Shown: positions 58,760-64,000 of the stretch, in pieces | Position numbering within the stretch: the first letter of the stretch is position 1 | Layout of the letters: every line of letters begins with the position of its first letter | NCBI GenBank assembly: GCA_947501605.1 | Contig: CANMWZ010000004.1 | Coordinates: 1-64,000, forward strand | Direction: 5' to 3' | Origin: Planctomycetota bacterium | GTDB taxonomy: Bacteria > Planctomycetota > UBA1135 > UBA2386 | Length of the DNA stretch: 64,000 nt | Program-made: the position numbers and the translations under genes | The notes under the pieces: model-generated | Databases searched by the model: none | What the model saw: only the letters and a program-made list of their open reading frames with translations | Told to the model about the DNA's origin: nothing

Positions 58760-60349
58760 ATGCTGACCCTGCTCGTGCTCGCGCTGTTGCCGCTGCCCCA
58801 GGATCTCGTCCTGCGGGATGCGACGATCTACACCGGAACGTCGAACCCCTGGCGCGGCGATCTCGTCGTACGCGACGGGCGCATCGCGGCGCCCGGGACG
58901 GTGCCACAGGAAGGCGTGCCCATTCGCGACCTCAAGGGTGCCTTTGTGATGCCGGGGTTGCAGGACGCCCACGGGCACCTGCTGGGCCTCGGGACGGCGA
59001 TGGAGGAGGTGGATCTGTTTGGTGCCAAGAGCTATGCCGAAGTGATCGCCCGCGTGCGTGCCGCGGCGACGCGGGCCCACCCTGGCGATTGGGTCATCGG
59101 GCGCGGCTGGGACCAGAACGACTGGCCGGACCCGCAGATGCCGCACCATCGCGACTTGTCAGCGGCGACCCCCGACAATCCTGTCTGGCTGGTGCGCGTC
59201 GACGGTCACGCTGCACTCGCAAACGCGCGCGCTTTGGCCGGCGCTGGCCTGAAGAAGGGAACCGCGGCGCCAAGCGGCGGCGACATCCTTCTCGACGAGG
59301 ACGGCGAGCCGAGCGGCGTTCTGGTCGATCGGGCGATGGGCCTTGTCTCGCTGCCGGCGCCTTCGCCCGAGGCTGTTCGTCGTCGGCTGCTGGCCGCCCA
59401 AAGGCAGTGCGTCCTCGTTGGGATCACCTGCGTTCACGACGCCGGGGTCAGCGCTGCAGAGGCCGATGTGATCCGTGCCCTCCACGCCGAGAAGCAGTGG
59501 CACTTGCGCAGCTATCTGATGCTCTCCGCGAGCCAGACCGCGGCGATTGCGAAGGGGCCCTCACAGACGGCGGATGCGCTGGTGCAAGTGCGCGCCGTGA
59601 AGGCCTATGCCGACGGCGCCCTCGGTTCGCGAGGGGCTCTGCTGCTGGAGCCCTACGCCGACAAGCCGGGCAATCGCGGCCTGCCGCTTTCGGCCGGGTT
59701 GGCGGAAGTCGCGCAATTGTGTGCCGACTCCAGCATGCAATTGTGCGTGCATGCGATCGGCGATGGCGCGAATCGAAAGGTCCTCGATGTCTTCGCGGCG
59801 ACGACCTTCGCAGCCGGCGGTCGCCAGAACGCACGATGGCGCATCGAGCACTGCCAGGTCGTCGCGGTGGTCGATCGCCAGCGCTTCGTCGAGCTCGGCG
59901 TGGTGCCGTCGATGCAGCCCACGCACCTGACGTCCGACATGCCGTGGGCGCGTTCGCGCCTGGGCGAGGAGCGCATCGCTTCAGCCTATGCGTGGCGCGC
60001 CTTCCACGAACTGGGGCTGCCGGTTGCGTTCGGTAGCGACTTCCCGGTCGAGAGCGTCGACATCCGGAAGGGGCTCTTTGCGGCGGTCACGACCAAGGCC
60101 GCCGTCGGCAGCGAAGCCCTGCGGCCCGACCAGCAGCTCGATCGCGAAGCCGCGATGCGCGGGTTCACGCAGCACGCCGCGTTCGCGATGTTCGCGGAAG
60201 CCGAACTGGGCACCATCGAGTCGGGCAAGCGGGCAGACCTGACGGTGTTCGACCGCGACCTGCGCACCTGCCAAGAGGCCGAACTGCTGACGGCGAACGT
60301 GCTGCTGACCATCGTTGATGGCAAAGTCGTCTACGAGGCCGGCAAGTAG
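58760..60349 (+). CDS. Amidohydrolase_3 (YtcJ-like), exported
   Basis: PGLQDAHGH, GRGWDQ, DGH, DGALGSRGA, HAIGD, RIEH, SMQPTH, GSDFPVE, GKRAD. Confidence 0.92.
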   Translation: MLTLLVLALLPLPQDLVLRDATIYTGTSNPWRGDLVVRDGRIAAPGTVPQEGVPIRDLKGAFVMPGLQDAHGHLLGLGTAMEEVDLFGAKSYAEVIARVRAAATRAHPGDWVIGRGWDQNDWPDPQMPHHRDLSAATPDNPVWLVRVDGHAALANARALAGAGLKKGTAAPSGGDILLDEDGEPSGVLVDRAMGLVSLPAPSPEAVRRRLLAAQRQCVLVGITCVHDAGVSAAEADVIRALHAEKQWHLRSYLMLSASQTAAIAKGPSQTADALVQVRAVKAYADGALGSRGALLLEPYADKPGNRGLPLSAGLAEVAQLCADSSMQLCVHAIGDGANRKVLDVFAATTFAAGGRQNARWRIEHCQVVAVVDRQRFVELGVVPSMQPTHLTSDMPWARSRLGEERIASAYAWRAFHELGLPVAFGSDFPVESVDIRKGLFAAVTTKAAVGSEALRPDQQLDREAAMRGFTQHAAFAMFAEAELGTIESGKRADLTVFDRDLRTCQEAELLTANVLLTIVDGKVVYEAGK

Positions 60350-60507
60350 CGCGGGCGCAGCTCGCGACGGCTGCGGCGCGCGCCCACGTTTGGGACCAGC
60401 AAGTCAGCGCGCCAGCACATGTGCAGGCCACCGAGCCCGGGAGCCAGCAAGAGCGCCAGCGGATGGGGTGATCCGTCGGTTCAGCGGGCCAGCAAGCAGC
60501 AGAAAGC

Positions 60508-60550
60508 AGAACGGGCCCGCTCCGCGCAGGTCGCGGAGCGGGCCCGTTCT
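60508..60550. terminator. Perfect 19-bp inverted repeat between convergent genes
   Basis: AGAACGGGCCCGCTCCGCG-CAGGT-CGCGGAGCGGGCCCGTTCT; on the minus strand followed by a T-rich run (TTCTGCTTTCT). Confidence 0.8.
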
Positions 60551-60580
60551 CGAGCGCTGCAGTGCGCCCGTGCGCTGGGT

Positions 60581-62110
60581 TCAGCGAACCAGCTTGCTGT
60601 AGCGGTAGTACGCCTCGAGCGTGAGGACGAGAGTTGCGGTCGAGTAGACGCGGCCGCCATCTTCGCCCCAGACGTCGATCGGGTCCCACGAGCCCTTGAA
60701 GTTGCCGTCGCTGCGCTGCGGCTTGACGATGGCATCGTTGAGCTTGGCGGACCAGTTCTTCCAGTACTCGCCGCCCATCTGGTACATCGCATAGGTCGCG
60801 TAGTACCAATAGTAGTAGTCGATGCTACCACTCTTGGTGTCGTAGACCGGCGGCCTCATCTTCAGCAGCTCCGCGGCCTGCTTCATGGTGGGCTTCTCCT
60901 TCGGGTCCTGGCCCATGAAGAAGCGGCAGAACAAGGACACCGCCGTCATCGCCTCGCCCTTCTCCGGCGGGAAGCGTGTCATGTGGTCGCCCACATGGCG
61001 CGAACTCGGCTCGCCGGCCTTGGTGTAGCCGGCGCGGCCGTTCGCATCGGTGACTTGGTCGAGCCAAGTCTCCGAGAGCTTGATCGCGCCATCGTTGACT
61101 TGCAGCTTGAAGTACTTGGCCGACTCGTAGGCCATGATGCACCAGCCGGTCACCGACGTGTCGTTGTCGTTGTCGCGCGGCTGGTAGCGCCAGACCGCGT
61201 ACGGGTTGCGGTGGTACTCGAGGTAGTTGATGCCCTGCTGCGCGTTCTTCTGCAGCAGCGTGTAGTTCGACAGGCCGTACGCCTCGCACATCGCGTAGGT
61301 CGCGATCGCGTGGCCGTAGAGGAAGTCGTTCGACGCGTTGGTGCCGAACAGGCCGTTGTCACCCTGCTGCTCGCGCAGCCACTTGATGCCGCCCTTGATG
61401 ACGTCCTTGTAGGGTCCCGCGCGCATCGTGCTGCCGTCGCCGAGGAATGCCAGCAGTGCAAGGCCGGTGACGCCGACGTCGTGCACGCCGTTGCCGAGAC
61501 CGTCGCATTGCTCGCCAGTCTCGTCGTGCTTGTTGAAGCCGTCGCAGTCCCACTTGCCGTCTTCGTCCTGGTGGTTCTTCAGCCACTCGAGGCCGTTCTC
61601 GATCGCCGCTGCACTCGCCTTGCCGCCGCCGCCCATGCCGCCGCGACCACCGCCGCGACCGCCGTACTTGCCACCGGCGCCACCGCCGAGGCCGACCGCC
61701 GCGTTCCACTGGTTGCTGTCGAAGGCCGACTCCTTGGATTGCGAGTCGTTGGTCGGATCAAAGGTCGGGTTGTCCGTCACTGCCTCCGTAACTTCCGAGT
61801 CCTGGATCACGACCTCGTCCTTCGTGACCTCCTTCTCTGGCTCCGGCGGCGGGGGCGGAGGCGGCTCCTCGATCTGCTTTTCTTCCTTCATCTGCATCTC
61901 GACCTTGATCTCCTCGACCGCCTTCGATTCGGCGGGCATGAGGACATAGCCGAGCAGCAGGACGACGACGTGCACCACGGCCGAGAGGATCAGCCACGGG
62001 GCATGGCGGATCTGCTCCGCCATCAGTTCCTGGAACGACGCCGGCTCCTGCTCCCAGATGGGGAGCACCTTTGAGTCGACGTGCAGTTTGGTTGGGTCGA
62101 TTTGAGCCAT
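60581..62110 (-). CDS. Membrane-anchored prenyltransferase/squalene-cyclase-repeat (QW) protein
   Basis: TM, poly-Pro/Glu and Gly-rich linker, GLEWL..HQ..DG.W, TGLALLAFLG, YGHAIAT, DTSVTGW, YYWYY, Q...GSW, GGRVYST. Confidence 0.85.
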   Translation of the reverse strand: MAQIDPTKLHVDSKVLPIWEQEPASFQELMAEQIRHAPWLILSAVVHVVVLLLGYVLMPAESKAVEEIKVEMQMKEEKQIEEPPPPPPPEPEKEVTKDEVVIQDSEVTEAVTDNPTFDPTNDSQSKESAFDSNQWNAAVGLGGGAGGKYGGRGGGRGGMGGGGKASAAAIENGLEWLKNHQDEDGKWDCDGFNKHDETGEQCDGLGNGVHDVGVTGLALLAFLGDGSTMRAGPYKDVIKGGIKWLREQQGDNGLFGTNASNDFLYGHAIATYAMCEAYGLSNYTLLQKNAQQGINYLEYHRNPYAVWRYQPRDNDNDTSVTGWCIMAYESAKYFKLQVNDGAIKLSETWLDQVTDANGRAGYTKAGEPSSRHVGDHMTRFPPEKGEAMTAVSLFCRFFMGQDPKEKPTMKQAAELLKMRPPVYDTKSGSIDYYYWYYATYAMYQMGGEYWKNWSAKLNDAIVKPQRSDGNFKGSWDPIDVWGEDGGRVYSTATLVLTLEAYYRYSKLVR

Positions 62111-62309
62111 GGGACGATCGCTTTTGGGATGCTGGTAGAAGCCGGTAGGAAGAGAGCCGGTCGACGCATCCTGCCCGTGCAACGGCGCGGGCGGAGGGGG
62201 GGTTCAGCGGGTCGGAAAGTAGAGCAGTGACCCGCGGGGTCGGCAAGCGCGCCGTCGCTGTCGATGCACCCTCGGGCCTGCCCAATCGCCCTGGCGGTAG
62301 CCCGTCGCC

Positions 62310-63344
62310 TCAGCGGCCGCCCGGGGTCCGTAGATCTGCGGGCTGCCAGACCTGGGTGCGCTCCTTGGCTCGCTTCTTCGTCTGCTCGAGCAGACGTTCG
62401 ATCGTTCGCTGCTCCAGATACTCGCGGATCAGCCGCTGCACGTCTGGATCCTCGAACGTGTCCTTCTTGGCCGGCTGAAACTCGAGGACCTTCCAGAGCC
62501 TGACCCCGCTTTCGTCGACCACCAAGTCGGATACTCGGTCCTTCGGCCCGGCCATCGCGAAGTCCACCTGGTCCTGGCGCCGGGTCTTGCGCGAACTCTC
62601 GTCGATCAGCAGTACCTCGGGCGCCATTGCCCCGTCGGACTCGAATCGCTTCACCAGTTCCTCTGGGGTCAATGCTTCCTTGCTCCAGACCTCGGCGGCC
62701 ACTTTGGCCTTGGCCGCTGCGTCCTCGCCGACGAAGGCCACGCAGCCCAGTTGCGCTTGGCTCTGGCGCACGAACTCGCCGAGATTCTCACGATAGAACG
62801 TCCGCATCATCCGCGGCGTGATGAACAGGTTGCTCTGGTTGTTGAGCCGGGAGTTGACGGCCATCGCTCTGGTCAGGTCCGACATCTTGCTGACCCGCTG
62901 GTCGCGAACAAACGTCTCCCAGTTTCGGCCTTGGCGCGCCTGTTCTTCGGTCACGGCCTGCAGGGTGCCGAGCTTGCGGACCAACTCGCGTTCTTCTTCC
63001 AGCAACTGGTCCTGAAAGATCGACTCGACGCGCTCCGGCGGCAGGATGCCGAGTGTGATTGCCGCTTGCGCCAATGCGTGCTGGTCGATCTTGCTGCCCA
63101 GATTGCGCAAGAACAGCAGCCGGCGCTCGTTGGGCGGCAAGGGGCTACCGCGTTCGGCTTCGGCGACGCGGATCTGGCCAACTGTCAGCGCCAGCACTTC
63201 GCGTTGCAGCACCACCGCATCGTTGACGGTCGCAACCACGCGGTCGATGAGGACCGCGCCGGCCAGGGGATCCTGCTGTTGGGCGGCCGCGAACGGGGCG
63301 GCTAGGCAGAGCAGCAGTGGCGAGCGGGAGAACAGTCCGATCAT
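62310..63344 (-). CDS. SurA-like periplasmic chaperone (degenerate PPIase)
   Basis: Signal peptide; IDRVVATVND N-terminal motif; directly downstream of mfd (ATGA overlap). Confidence 0.75.
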   Translation of the reverse strand: MIGLFSRSPLLLCLAAPFAAAQQQDPLAGAVLIDRVVATVNDAVVLQREVLALTVGQIRVAEAERGSPLPPNERRLLFLRNLGSKIDQHALAQAAITLGILPPERVESIFQDQLLEEERELVRKLGTLQAVTEEQARQGRNWETFVRDQRVSKMSDLTRAMAVNSRLNNQSNLFITPRMMRTFYRENLGEFVRQSQAQLGCVAFVGEDAAAKAKVAAEVWSKEALTPEELVKRFESDGAMAPEVLLIDESSRKTRRQDQVDFAMAGPKDRVSDLVVDESGVRLWKVLEFQPAKKDTFEDPDVQRLIREYLEQRTIERLLEQTKKRAKERTQVWQPADLRTPGGR

Positions 63345-64000
63345 CGGCGGCGCATCTTCTGGGCCGGCGCGCGCCCGGACAAGGCATCGAGCAGGAACTC
63401 GAGGACATCCTCGCCGCGACGCTTCTTGCCTCGCGGCGCCGGCAGCATGAGGTGTGTTCGGCCCGCCTCGACCGGGCGCACATCGGTGAAGCAATCGAGC
63501 CAACTGCCGCCAAGCGGCACCCCGGGTGGATGGCGCACGACGATGCGGTCGTCCTCGACCCACTGGATCGACGACAGGCCGAGGCCCTGCAACGCGTGCT
63601 TGAGGCGGAAGGTCGCCAGCAGATTCTGCACCGGTGCGGGCAGGGCGCCGAAGCGGTCGCGCAGCTCTTGCTGCAGCTTTTGGAGGTGTTCGTCGTCGAC
63701 GGCCGCGTCCATCTCGCGCAGCAACTCGAGGCGGCCGCGCGGATCAGCCAGGAACTTGTCGGGGAGGTAGGCGCGGAGTCGCAAGTCGACGTCGACCTCG
63801 ATGACCGCGTGCGCGGTCTTGCGCTGGTCCTTGTGGGCTTGCACTGCCTGCTGCAGAAGTTGGCAGTACATGTCGTAGCCGACGGCGGCGATGTGGCCCG
63901 ATTGCTGTGGTCCGAGCAGGTTGCCAGCACCGCGGATCTCGAGGTCTTTCATCGCGATCGCGAAGCCGGCGCCGAGCTGCGACAGCTCTTCGAGTGCCTT
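63341..64000 (-). CDS. mfd: Transcription-repair coupling factor, C-terminal part (runs off window)
   Basis: LGAGFAIAMKDLEIRGAGNLLG.QQSGHI.AVGYDMY; TRCF-domain AYLP and DRFG.LP. Confidence 0.95.
   Translation of the reverse strand, partial: KALEELSQLGAGFAIAMKDLEIRGAGNLLGPQQSGHIAAVGYDMYCQLLQQAVQAHKDQRKTAHAVIEVDVDLRLRAYLPDKFLADPRGRLELLREMDAAVDDEHLQKLQQELRDRFGALPAPVQNLLATFRLKHALQGLGLSSIQWVEDDRIVVRHPPGVPLGGSWLDCFTDVRPVEAGRTHLMLPAPRGKKRRGEDVLEFLLDALSGRAPAQKMRRR

Noticed and set aside
1..64000. CRISPR array, IS/transposase, integrase, prophage, rRNA or defence genes
   Set aside because: No regularly spaced repeats or recognisable motifs; nearly all sequence is explained by the listed CDSs

Overview
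High-GC bacterial chromosomal segment, gene-dense and mostly housekeeping. Several features suggest a PVC-superphylum, probably Planctomycetota-like, organism (inference): a PVC-type DUF1080/propeller/CxxCH protein, a membrane-anchored prenyltransferase/squalene-cyclase-repeat protein, and a dcw cluster without ftsZ. In order: (1) a MoxR-DUF58-VWA/TPR 'Bat'-type operon with fused batD-batE; (2) small envelope genes; (3) a dcw cluster (mraZ-rsmH-ftsL-ftsI-murE-murF-mraY-ftsW-LysM-murG-murC-murB) with a clear MraZ-box/sigma70 promoter but no murD, ddl, ftsQ, ftsA or ftsZ; (4) exported proteins, polA, a membrane-fused spermidine-synthase-like protein, dedA and recJ; (5) selA-selD, where selD has an in-frame UGA (selenocysteine) plus a SECIS-like hairpin that the ORF track misses; (6) nusA-infB-DUF503-rbfA; (7) rlmI-like, thiS, an inserted PKD-domain gene, thiG, CPBP, gamma-CA, FG-GAP protein, nucleotidyltransferase and amidohydrolase; (8) the 3' end of mfd, a surA-like gene and a prenyltransferase-repeat gene. 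I saw no rRNA, tRNA, CRISPR array, IS or phage genes. The strongest non-obvious signals are Sec recoding in selD, the FtsZ-less dcw layout, an apparent 'Gln at +1' rule in signal peptides, an internal signal peptide at the BatD/BatE junction, and two highly structured intergenic RNA candidates (26048-26218 and 51685-51833). All calls come from motif recognition by eye; no database searches were run.
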